Assembly: GCA_965206645.1 (NCBI GenBank)
Contig: CBDBKE010000001.1
Coordinates: 87,380-151,379 of the forward strand
Length of the DNA: 64,000 nt
Source of the DNA: Terriglobia bacterium
Lineage (GTDB): Bacteria; Acidobacteriota; Terriglobia; JAJPHL01; JAPKYU01
Direction of reading: 5' to 3'
The translations under genes were made by a program, and so were the position numbers. This document shows positions 39,124-47,414 of this stretch, piece by piece. The first letter of the stretch is position 1. Every line of letters starts with the position of its first letter. The notes beneath the pieces are model-generated. The model searched no databases. It saw nothing but the letters and a program-made list of their open reading frames with translations, and was not told the origin of the DNA.

Positions 39124-39280
39124 GGTCTGCCTCTCGGCAGTCCTGAGCCCCTACGCTGCTGCTAGCAGGATGCTGAAAAACTCCTGCACAGACTGAAGTC
39201 TGGGCCACCGCCAGCTCGCAAGTTGTTGAAAAGTGGCACAGGCTTCAGCCTGTGGAAGCCTTCTTGGGTCCAGCAGCCTG

Positions 39281-40129
39281 CTAGAGGGAGGCGGAGGCGA
39301 TCACGGTCACGTGAGGGCGTCCGCTGAACGGGTTGCGGTCAATGCGGATCGGCACGCCATACACTTCTTCGAGCGCGGGCCTGGTGAGGACTTCCTCTGG
39401 CGTTCCCGAGCAAAAGACTCTGCCGGCGCGAAGCAGCATCAGGTAGTCGGCGAACTCGGAAGCCAGGTTGACTTCGTGCATCACCGTCACCACCCCGAAC
39501 TCATACTGAGAGGCCTGACGGCGGATCAAGCGCAGCAATTCCACCTGGAAACTGATGTCCAGGTTGGCGGTGGGCTCGTCCAGCAGCAACAGTTCCGGTT
39601 CCTGAGCCAGAGCGCGCGCCAGCACCGCGCGCTGGCGCTCCCCGCCGGAAATCTCGTCCATGCGGCGATGCGCCATCGAGCAGATGTGCGTGGCCTCCAT
39701 GGCCAGGCGCGCCATGCGCGCATCTTCTTCGCGCTCGAAACCGAAGCGGCCAGCGTAAGGATAGCGGCCGAGCAGGACGAACTGCTCCACGGTGCTGGGG
39801 AACTCCAGGGGCGCTTCCTGGCGCACGACGGCGATCCGCCGGGCGCGTTCGCGCGGCTCGAGCAGCAAAATTTCGCTCCCGGCAAAGCTGACGTCGCCGT
39901 GCGCCGGGCGCAGGAGGCCGGCCATCAGGCGCAACAGGGTGGACTTGCCGCTGCCGTTAGGTCCGATGATGGCCAGAAAATCCCCCGCGTAGATGTTGAA
40001 GCTGAGCGGCCCCAGACGAAACCTTCCGTCCTGGGAGCCGTCCAGCCCGCCCCGCCGACGCGGCGCTCGATAGGCAAACTCCACCGAATTGATGTCCAGC
40101 AAGAGCCGGCGATCGGGGGCGGTCGTCAT
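39281..40129 (-). CDS. ABC transporter ATP-binding protein (FecE/BtuD/HmuV-type iron-complex or cobalamin importer).
   Basis: Walker A GPNGSGKST, the ABC signature LSGGERQR and Walker B LLLLDEPT. Confidence 0.8.
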   Translation of the reverse strand: MTTAPDRRLLLDINSVEFAYRAPRRRGGLDGSQDGRFRLGPLSFNIYAGDFLAIIGPNGSGKSTLLRLMAGLLRPAHGDVSFAGSEILLLEPRERARRIAVVRQEAPLEFPSTVEQFVLLGRYPYAGRFGFEREEDARMARLAMEATHICSMAHRRMDEISGGERQRAVLARALAQEPELLLLDEPTANLDISFQVELLRLIRRQASQYEFGVVTVMHEVNLASEFADYLMLLRAGRVFCSGTPEEVLTRPALEEVYGVPIRIDRNPFSGRPHVTVIASASL

Positions 40130-41130
40130 TCGGCCAGCTTCCGGCGCAGCAGGTAGATGAACAACGGCGCTCCCGCCAGCGCCGTGAAGGCGCCGACGGG
40201 CAACTCGGTAGGGGCGGCCACAGTGCGTGCGGCGGTATCGGCTGCCACCAGCAGGACGGCGCCCGCGAGGGCCGCCACCGGCAGTAACAGCCGGTAGTCA
40301 TTGCCGAGCAGCAATCGCACCAAGTGCGGCACCAGAAGGCCCAGAAAGCCGATGGCGCCGGCGTGAGCAACGGCCACCGCCGTCAGGGCGCTGGCGGCCA
40401 CGAAGACGGCCAGCTTGGCCCGTGGGACATTTACTCCCAGTGCGGCGGCTTCTTCTTCGCCCACCAGCAGAAGGTTCAGCTCGGCAGCAAACCAGTAGGC
40501 GAGCGTGCCGGCGACCAACACTGGCAGCAGGCACCAGATCAGAACAGAGATCAGGCCGTCGTTGAACAACCCCAGGTCGCCCATCAGCCAGATCGCCGTG
40601 CCGCGCAGGTTTTGGCTGGGCAGCATGGTCATCAAGCACACAATCATAGCCGAGAGGAACGAGGCGACAATCACGCCGGCCAACAGCAACGACTGCCCGC
40701 TCGCGCGCCCGCGTCGGAAGCCCAAGAGATAAACGATGCCGGTGGTGACTAGAGCTCCCAGCAACCCGGCCAGCGGCTTGCCCCGTTGCCAGGCGGGTGC
40801 TACGACCAGGAACAGAATCACGCCCAGGGCCGCTCCGCTGGAGATTCCCAGGACGTAGGGCTCGGCCAACGGATTGCGTAGCAAGGCCTGGTAGCAGGCG
40901 CCGGCCATCGACAGCGCTGCCCCCACGATCAATGCCAGCAGCACGCGCGGCACCCGGAGGTCAAACAAGATCACGCCCAGCGTGCTCTGCGGATCGCGCA
41001 CCGCCTCCAGCACCTTACTAGGAGTAAACGTCCCACTGGGGCCCAGCAGCAGGGCCACAAGCGTCACCACCACGGCCGTGCACAACACAGCAAGCGACGT
41101 CCAGACCACGCGACCGCGGGTGAGAATCAT
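40126..41130 (-). CDS. FecCD-family ABC permease. The start is set at the ATG that overlaps the upstream stop (ATGA).
   Basis: About 9 TM helices and a FecCD signature. There is a 4-nt overlap at each gene junction. Confidence 0.75.
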   Translation of the reverse strand: MILTRGRVVWTSLAVLCTAVVVTLVALLLGPSGTFTPSKVLEAVRDPQSTLGVILFDLRVPRVLLALIVGAALSMAGACYQALLRNPLAEPYVLGISSGAALGVILFLVVAPAWQRGKPLAGLLGALVTTGIVYLLGFRRGRASGQSLLLAGVIVASFLSAMIVCLMTMLPSQNLRGTAIWLMGDLGLFNDGLISVLIWCLLPVLVAGTLAYWFAAELNLLLVGEEEAAALGVNVPRAKLAVFVAASALTAVAVAHAGAIGFLGLLVPHLVRLLLGNDYRLLLPVAALAGAVLLVAADTAARTVAAPTELPVGAFTALAGAPLFIYLLRRKLAE

Positions 41131-42023
41131 GGTTTCGTCGCAAACGCCTCCGGATGCAGTGCCCGAGCAATCAACTGTTGCATCTCGACCAGCCGAGGCC
41201 CGGGGCGCTCCACGTCCCAGGGCACGTAGATGATGCGCCCTTCCTGCACGGCCGGCAGCTCCCTCCAACCGGGCAGGCGGAGCAACTGCTCGCGGGTAGG
41301 CGCGAAGCCTGGGGAGCGCGGCACCAGGAGGAATTCAGGATTGCTCCGCACCACTTGCTCTACCGACAGGCGCGGCCAGGGCTGGGCAGTGTCGGCAGAG
41401 ATGGAAACCGCGCCGGTGCGGCGCAACAGGTCGTCGAGGAAACTGCCGTGTCCCACGCTCACAATCGGGTGCAGCCAGACCAGCAGCACCACGCGCCGCG
41501 GCGGGTAGGGCCGGACGGCTGCTTCGATCTCGGCAGCCTGCCGCTCCAAGCGATCGGCCAGCGCTTCGCCGCGAGCAGCTACCCCGGCAATCGCCGCCAC
41601 GTCGCGGATCAGTCGAAAGACGTCCCCCAGCCGCTCTGCGCTCACGGCGAACACCGGGATTCTCAGGCGCTCCAGCGCCGTCATGGTCTCACGACGGTTC
41701 CCTTCGCGACTGATTAGCACCAGATCTGGCTTCAGACTGACCACCATTTCTACGCTGGGGTTGATCACCCCGCCCACCTTGGGCTTGGATGTGGCTTCGG
41801 AAGGGAAGTCGCAGAAATCGGTGACGCCCACGACCCGGTCGCCCAGCCCCAGAGCAAACAGCGTCTCAGTGAGACTTGGCGCCAGCGACACGATCCGCCG
41901 CGGCTGGTCGGGAACCTCGACCCGCCGGCCGATGTGGTCGGTGAGCACCCGCGCCACAACGCTCGGCGGCAGCATTGCCGCTGCAGCGCAGGCCACAAGG
42001 CAGACAATTGTACCCAGCACCAT
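41127..42023 (-). CDS. Periplasmic substrate-binding lipoprotein of the BtuF/FhuD (class III SBP) family.
   Basis: Lipobox LVAC. RIVSLAPSLTETLFALGLGDRVVGV is a BtuF-like motif. Confidence 0.7.
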   Translation of the reverse strand: MVLGTIVCLVACAAAAMLPPSVVARVLTDHIGRRVEVPDQPRRIVSLAPSLTETLFALGLGDRVVGVTDFCDFPSEATSKPKVGGVINPSVEMVVSLKPDLVLISREGNRRETMTALERLRIPVFAVSAERLGDVFRLIRDVAAIAGVAARGEALADRLERQAAEIEAAVRPYPPRRVVLLVWLHPIVSVGHGSFLDDLLRRTGAVSISADTAQPWPRLSVEQVVRSNPEFLLVPRSPGFAPTREQLLRLPGWRELPAVQEGRIIYVPWDVERPGPRLVEMQQLIARALHPEAFATKP

Positions 42024-42084
42024 TAATTCAGAGCCTACAGCATACCTGCAAACCAGTGCCTGTGGCACGTATAATGCTCGTAGT

Positions 42085-42150
42085 AGGTGTCAGGTTGTAG
42101 GCGTGAAGCCCAGCCCGCATTCTTAAGTTCTCACGCCTGACACCTGACAC
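42085..42150. repeat. Imperfect 20-bp inverted repeat in the aroC 5' leader, built from CACCTGACAC-type cores. A consensus TATAAT lies at 42071.
   Basis: aggtgtcaggttgtaggcgtga ...27 nt... tcacgcctgacacctgacac. Confidence 0.5.
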
Positions 42151-42160
42151 ATGTCTTCCG

Positions 42161-43333
42161 ATGCTACGCTTTTCTACTGCCGGCGAGTCGCACGGGCAGA
42201 GCCTGGTGGCCCTGGTCCAGGGGCTTCCCTCAGGCATTCCCATAGACCTGGAATTCATTAATACCGAGCTGCGCCGCCGCCAGGGCGGCTACGGGCGCGG
42301 CGGGCGCATGAAGATCGAGACGGATAACGCCGAGATTCTGTCTGGCGTGCGCCGCGGCTCCACTATCGGCGCCCCGGTGGCCATGCTGATCCGGAACCGG
42401 GACTGGGAAAATTGGAAAGAGAGCCTGCCAGTGGAGGCGCGCGAGGTTCCCGAGTCGCAGCAACGGAAGCTGACTGCGCCGCGGCCGGGGCACGCCGACC
42501 TGGCCGGCTGCCTGAAATACAATCTGCATGACGCGCGCTTCGTGCTGGAACGGGCCAGTGCGCGGGAAAGCGCAGCGCGGGTCGGCGCCGGCGCTCTGGC
42601 CAAGCTGTTGCTGCGTTGCTTCCACATCGAGGTCTGGAGCCACGTCATCGCTGTGGGGGGCGTTGTGTTGCGCAAGCCGGTCACTTTCGAACAGATTCGC
42701 CAGGTGGCCACGCGCCCGGAGCCGGTGCTTCGCTGCGCGGATCCAGAGACCGAAGCCGCAATGAAGGCCGAAGTGGATAAGGCCTTGCGCACCGGCGATT
42801 CGGTGGGCGGTGTCTTCGAGGTCGTCGCTTGCGGCGTTCCCCCGGGCCTGGGGACCTGCGCCAACTGGGACGAGCGGCTGGACGGCCTGCTGGCCCAGGC
42901 GCTCGTGTCGCTGCAGGCGGTGAAGGCGGTGGAGATCGGCAGCGGCGTCGAAAATGCGTTATCCTTCGGCTCCACCGTGCAGGACCCTATTGGCTACGAC
43001 CCGCAGCGGCCGGGCTTCACCCGCAGGAGCAACCGGGCCGGCGGCATCGAAGGGGGCATCAGCAACGGCCAGGAGATCGTCGTGCGCGGCTACCTCAAGC
43101 CCATTTCCACCTTGCGCCGTCCGCTGGAATCGGTGGACCTGGTGACCAAAGAGTCGACGCAGGCAGCCTACGAGCGCTCGGATGTCTGCGTGGTGCCGGC
43201 TGCGGGCGTCGGCGGCGAGACCATGGTCGCGCTGGTGCTGGCCCGCTGCTTCCTCGAGAAGTTCGGAGGTGACTCGCTCCAGGAAATCGAGCGCAACTAC
43301 CAGGGCTACCTTAAGCAGTTGAAGGAGTTCTGA
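42161..43333 (+). CDS. aroC: Chorismate synthase.
   Basis: MLRFSTAGESHGQSLVALVQGLPSGI...RRQGGYGRGGRMKIE. Confidence 0.9.
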   Translation: MLRFSTAGESHGQSLVALVQGLPSGIPIDLEFINTELRRRQGGYGRGGRMKIETDNAEILSGVRRGSTIGAPVAMLIRNRDWENWKESLPVEAREVPESQQRKLTAPRPGHADLAGCLKYNLHDARFVLERASARESAARVGAGALAKLLLRCFHIEVWSHVIAVGGVVLRKPVTFEQIRQVATRPEPVLRCADPETEAAMKAEVDKALRTGDSVGGVFEVVACGVPPGLGTCANWDERLDGLLAQALVSLQAVKAVEIGSGVENALSFGSTVQDPIGYDPQRPGFTRRSNRAGGIEGGISNGQEIVVRGYLKPISTLRRPLESVDLVTKESTQAAYERSDVCVVPAAGVGGETMVALVLARCFLEKFGGDSLQEIERNYQGYLKQLKEF

Positions 43334-43354
43334 ATCACGGTTCGGAGCGATCAG

Positions 43355-43864
43355 TTGATTTACAAGATCGTGAAATACGGTGATCCCGTGCTGGAACGTG
43401 CTGCGGGTCCGGTCACCGAGTTCAACGCAGATCTGGCCAAGCTGGCCGAGGACATGTTTGAGTCCATGTACGCGGCGCACGGCGTGGGGCTGGCTGCGCC
43501 GCAGATCGGCATCGGGCGTCGCCTCGCTGTGGTGGACCTCACCTCCGGCGAAGACCGGCAGGCCAAACTGGTGCTGTGCAATCCGACGATCCTGCGCACG
43601 GAGGGCAAGCACACCCTGGAGGAGGGATGCCTGAGCCTGCCGACCTTTCGCGCCGAGCTCACCCGCCCCAAGAAGGCCGTGGTCAGGGCCCAAAACCTGA
43701 AAGGGGAATGGTTCGAGCTGACCGGAGAAGACCTGCTGGCCCGCGCCTTGTGCCATGAAACCGACCACCTGAACGGCCGCCTCTTCATTTCGCACCTTGG
43801 TTCCCTGCGCCGCGATCTGATCAAGCGCAAGGTGCGCAAATTAATGCGCGCGGGCGAATGGTAG
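43355..43864 (+). CDS. def: Peptide deformylase.
   Basis: GVGLAAPQIG, EGCLSLP and HETDHLNG motifs. Confidence 0.9.
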   Translation: MIYKIVKYGDPVLERAAGPVTEFNADLAKLAEDMFESMYAAHGVGLAAPQIGIGRRLAVVDLTSGEDRQAKLVLCNPTILRTEGKHTLEEGCLSLPTFRAELTRPKKAVVRAQNLKGEWFELTGEDLLARALCHETDHLNGRLFISHLGSLRRDLIKRKVRKLMRAGEW

Positions 43865-43867
43865 GAA

Positions 43868-43966
43868 GCCAGGTGTCAGGTTCCAAATTTAAGGTTTAAG
43901 CTTCCAAGACACCTGGCACCTGACAAGCTGGCACCAGACAGGCCGGCACCTGACACATAGCACCTG
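43868..43966. repeat. A hairpin plus a degenerate tandem array of GCACCTGACA-like units in the def-fmt intergenic region.
   Basis: gccaggtgtc...gacacctggc is a 10-bp stem. It is followed by gcacctgacaagc tggcaccagaca ggccggcacctgacacat agcacctggcg and then the ATG. Confidence 0.5.
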
Positions 43967-43969
43967 GCG

Positions 43970-44908
43970 ATGGAACTGGTCTTCATGGGCACTCCGGAAT
44001 TCGCCCTCCCCGCTTTGAAGGCGCTGCAGGGGGCAGGGCACCGCGTCCTCGCTGTCTTCACCCAGCCGGACCAGCCTGCCGGGCGGGGTGGCCGGCTGAC
44101 GGCGCCTCCGGCGAAGCAGGCCGCACTGGCCCTGGCCTTACCGGTGCACCAGCCGCCCCGGATCCGGACTCCGGAAGTGTTCGACCTGCTGAAATCAATC
44201 AAGCCGGAAACCGTGGTGGTGGTCGGCTACGGAAAGATCCTTCCCCAGCACATTCTGGACTTACCACAGCGCGGTTGCATCAATCTGCATGCCTCGATAT
44301 TGCCGAAGTACCGGGGAGCGGCCCCGGTGCAGTGGGCCATTATCCGCGGAGAGACCGTGTCAGGTGTCACCACCATGCGCATGGATGCCGGGCTGGACAC
44401 GGGCGACATCCTGCTGGCCCGGGAGACACCCATCGAACCCGAGGAGCACGCGATTTCGCTGGGGCACCGCCTGTCGGAGATCGGCGCGTCGCTGATGTTG
44501 GAAACGCTGGAGGGACTCGAGCGCGACACTCTCACGCCGCTTCCTCAGAACCACGCGCTGGCTACCTCGGCGCCCATTCTAAAGAAGGAGGACGGGCGGA
44601 TTGATTGGAGCCAGCCGGCACGCGACATCACCAACCGTGTGCGTGGTCTGGTGCCTTGGCCGGGAGCGTTCACCACCTTCCGCGGCAGCTTGCTCCACCT
44701 GTGGCGAGCGTGCCCAGAGGTGACAACTCCTCCACACGCCTCGCTGCCGCCCGGCACGCTGCGGGTGGAGGGTAGGCACCTGCTGGCCGCTTGTGGCCAG
44801 AGCACCTGGCTGGAGCTTGACGAGGTGCAGCGGGAGGGGCGCAAGCGTCTGCCTGCCGCCGATTTTTTGAACGGGGTGCGGATAAGCCCAGGCGAACGCC
44901 TGGGCTGA
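43970..44908 (+). CDS. fmt: Methionyl-tRNA formyltransferase.
   Basis: MELVFMGTPEFALPAL...NLHASILPKYRGAAP. Confidence 0.9.
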   Translation: MELVFMGTPEFALPALKALQGAGHRVLAVFTQPDQPAGRGGRLTAPPAKQAALALALPVHQPPRIRTPEVFDLLKSIKPETVVVVGYGKILPQHILDLPQRGCINLHASILPKYRGAAPVQWAIIRGETVSGVTTMRMDAGLDTGDILLARETPIEPEEHAISLGHRLSEIGASLMLETLEGLERDTLTPLPQNHALATSAPILKKEDGRIDWSQPARDITNRVRGLVPWPGAFTTFRGSLLHLWRACPEVTTPPHASLPPGTLRVEGRHLLAACGQSTWLELDEVQREGRKRLPAADFLNGVRISPGERLG

Positions 44909-44986
44909 GACCACTGAATCATTGACGACTGGCTGCTCTAGACAACCCCCACTCGTCAATGGATCCATCATCGCTCAATCAATTTC

Positions 44987-46285
44987 ATGCTGACCCCAGC
45001 GCGCCACGTCGCTTTCCAGATTCTTCTTCGCGTTGAGTGCGAGCAAAGCTACGCGGCCGAGCTGCTCAACTCGTGGCGGACGGAAAAGCTCTCAGCTGCC
45101 GACCGGGGGCTGGCTCAGGAACTCGTCATGGGCTGCCTGCGCTGGCAGGGCCAGCTCGATTGGCTGGCCGCCCATTTCTCGGGCAAAGTGCCAGATCGCT
45201 GGGACCCCGAGGTGCGCACCGCGATGCGCCTGGGCATCTACCAGTTGCGCTTCCTCGAACGGATACCGGCGTCGGCCGCAGTGGAACAAAGCGTCGAGCT
45301 GGTGAAACGCGTCCGCAAAGGCTCGGCCTCTGGGTTGGTGAATGCGGTGCTGCGGCAGGTTACCCGCGCACCGCTGGAATCGCTGTTTCCGGCCGGCATG
45401 CCGGAATCCGCAAAGCAGCAGATCGAGCTCTCCCACCCGGGCTGGCTTCTGGAGCGTTGGGTGCGGAATTATGGGCCGCAGCGAGCCCGGGCCGTCGCGC
45501 GCGCCAATAACCACCCGCCACCAGTGTTCATCCGGGTTCCCTCAGGCCGAAGCATCGAAGTGGGCCAGCCCTGCCGCTATGTTCGCAACTGCCGGGACGT
45601 CACGGGGGAGGTCAAGCGGGTTGCGAGTCGCTTTTCGGTGCAGGAGGAAGCTTCACAAATCATTCCGCACCTTATGGCGCCGCAAGACGGCGAACGTGTG
45701 CTGGACTTGTGCGCCGCGCCAGGCATGAAAACGGGGGCGCTGGCGGAACTGGCTCCGCAGGCAGAACTGGTAGCCTGCGACCTGCGTCCTGCGCGCCTGC
45801 GCCTAGTAAAGAAGCTTGCCGGCACCGGCCGCGGGCATGCGCCGTTGTGTGTGGCATTGGATGCCACACGCCCGTTGCCCTTTGGTGTGGCCTTCCACAG
45901 AATTCTGCTGGATGCGCCCTGCTCGGGCACCGGGACCATTCGGCGCAATCCGGAGATCAAATGGCGTCTTACGGAAAGCGACCTGAAGGTGCTGGCGGCC
46001 AAGCAACGCTTGTTGCTCGACAACGCACTGAGCCGGCTGGCGCCGGGCGGCCGTCTCGTCTACTCCACCTGTTCGCTAGAGCCGGAAGAAAATCAGGCCG
46101 TAGTCGAGCAAGTGCTGGCAGACCGCTCAGGTTTTTTCCTGGTGCCGGTAGAGCAGATGGCAGAGCGCGCCTCAGAGTTCCTCACCGAGACCGGGCGAGA
46201 TTTGCTCCGCGGCCAGTATCTCGAAACCTTCCCCGACCAGAACCTGGACGGCTTCTTCGCCGCCGTGATCGAGCGCCGCAGATAA
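44987..46285 (+). CDS. rsmB: 16S rRNA (cytosine-C5)-methyltransferase RsmB/Sun.
   Basis: A NusB-like N-terminus. The methyltransferase core is DLCAAPGMKT ... DAPCSGTG ... YSTCS. Confidence 0.8.
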   Translation: MLTPARHVAFQILLRVECEQSYAAELLNSWRTEKLSAADRGLAQELVMGCLRWQGQLDWLAAHFSGKVPDRWDPEVRTAMRLGIYQLRFLERIPASAAVEQSVELVKRVRKGSASGLVNAVLRQVTRAPLESLFPAGMPESAKQQIELSHPGWLLERWVRNYGPQRARAVARANNHPPPVFIRVPSGRSIEVGQPCRYVRNCRDVTGEVKRVASRFSVQEEASQIIPHLMAPQDGERVLDLCAAPGMKTGALAELAPQAELVACDLRPARLRLVKKLAGTGRGHAPLCVALDATRPLPFGVAFHRILLDAPCSGTGTIRRNPEIKWRLTESDLKVLAAKQRLLLDNALSRLAPGGRLVYSTCSLEPEENQAVVEQVLADRSGFFLVPVEQMAERASEFLTETGRDLLRGQYLETFPDQNLDGFFAAVIERRR

Positions 46286-46513
46286 ACAGTAGATGAATAA
46301 GTTTGCGGACAGCGGACGGGCGACACAGAGGTGAAGTTGACAAACTCTTTCAGCGAACGGTAGAGTTACCAACCGCAGAAGACAGGAAACCGAACGAAGT
46401 GCTGCGCGTACGAAGCGGGTGGGAAGGGCTGTGTCTAAAAAGTCAGCAGCGGTCGTGCAATCTGACGAAGAGGCGCTCTACTGGCTGGCAAGGTAGCGCA
46501 ACTGGGTTACGAA

Positions 46514-47407
46514 TTGGTTACCTTCCTGGACCCGCGACACCCGCCCGCCCTCAAAGAGATTTTCGAACCACCGGTGCTGTTGTACGCACGGGGCGATGTC
46601 ACACTGCTGTCTCAGCTATGTCTGGCCATTGTGGGTTCGCGCAGGCCAACGCCTTACGGTAGCGCCATCGCCGAGCGGCTGGCCGCTGACCTGGCAGGGC
46701 GCGGCCTGGCGATCGCCAGCGGGATGGCCCGCGGCATTGACAGTGCGGCCCACCGGGACGCGCTGTCGGCCAACGGCAAAACGATTGCCGTGCTAGGCTG
46801 TGGCATGGACGTCTGCTATCCCAGAGAGAATAAGAAATTGAAGGCGGAAATCGAGCAAAAAGGAGTGGTGATCAGCGAATTCCCCCTGGGCACGTTTGCT
46901 GCGCCCCAGAACTTCTCCATCCGCAACCGCATCATCAGCGGCCTTTCGCTGGGAGTAATGGTGGTGGAGGCGGCGCAATACAGCGGCTCGCTCATCACTG
47001 CGCGGCTGGCCATGGAGCAGAACCGCGAGGTGTTCGCCGTGCCGGGCAACATCACCAACAAGTACAGTTGGGGACCCAATACTCTCATTAAGCAGGGCGC
47101 CAAGTTGGTACAGGACTGGAAGGATGTCATTGAGGAGCTGCCGGCTAAGGCCCGCCAGACCCTGCTGGCCGCCCCAGTTTCTGAATCCGGGGAGGCCCCC
47201 GCCGCGTCTTTATTTACCGAGTCGCTGTCGGAGATCGAGCAGGCGCTTTACGAAGTGCTCCGCGTGGACGAGCCAGCACACATTGACGCTCTGCTCGATG
47301 CCCTGCCCCGCTTTACGTCTCCGGAGATCTTAGCGGCGCTTCTTGAATTAGAGCTGAAAGGGCGCATTCGGCAGTTGCCGGGAAAGAATTTTGTTAAGTT
47401 GTTATAG
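46514..47407 (+). CDS. dprA: DNA-processing protein DprA (Smf), short form without the N-terminal SAM-like domain.
   Basis: GSRRPTPYG...ASGMARGIDSAAH is the DprA Rossmann core. TTG start. The stop overlaps the topA leader. Confidence 0.75.
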   Translation: MVTFLDPRHPPALKEIFEPPVLLYARGDVTLLSQLCLAIVGSRRPTPYGSAIAERLAADLAGRGLAIASGMARGIDSAAHRDALSANGKTIAVLGCGMDVCYPRENKKLKAEIEQKGVVISEFPLGTFAAPQNFSIRNRIISGLSLGVMVVEAAQYSGSLITARLAMEQNREVFAVPGNITNKYSWGPNTLIKQGAKLVQDWKDVIEELPAKARQTLLAAPVSESGEAPAASLFTESLSEIEQALYEVLRVDEPAHIDALLDALPRFTSPEILAALLELELKGRIRQLPGKNFVKLL

Positions 47408-47414
47408 GAAACAG

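Noticed and set aside
42024-42160. A cobalamin riboswitch upstream of the BtuF-like/FecCD/ATPase importer.
   Set aside because: With the lipoprotein start at 42023, only about 137 bp remain. That space is occupied by the CACCTGACAC inverted repeat and an aroC-facing TATAAT, and no B12-box-like sequence was seen.
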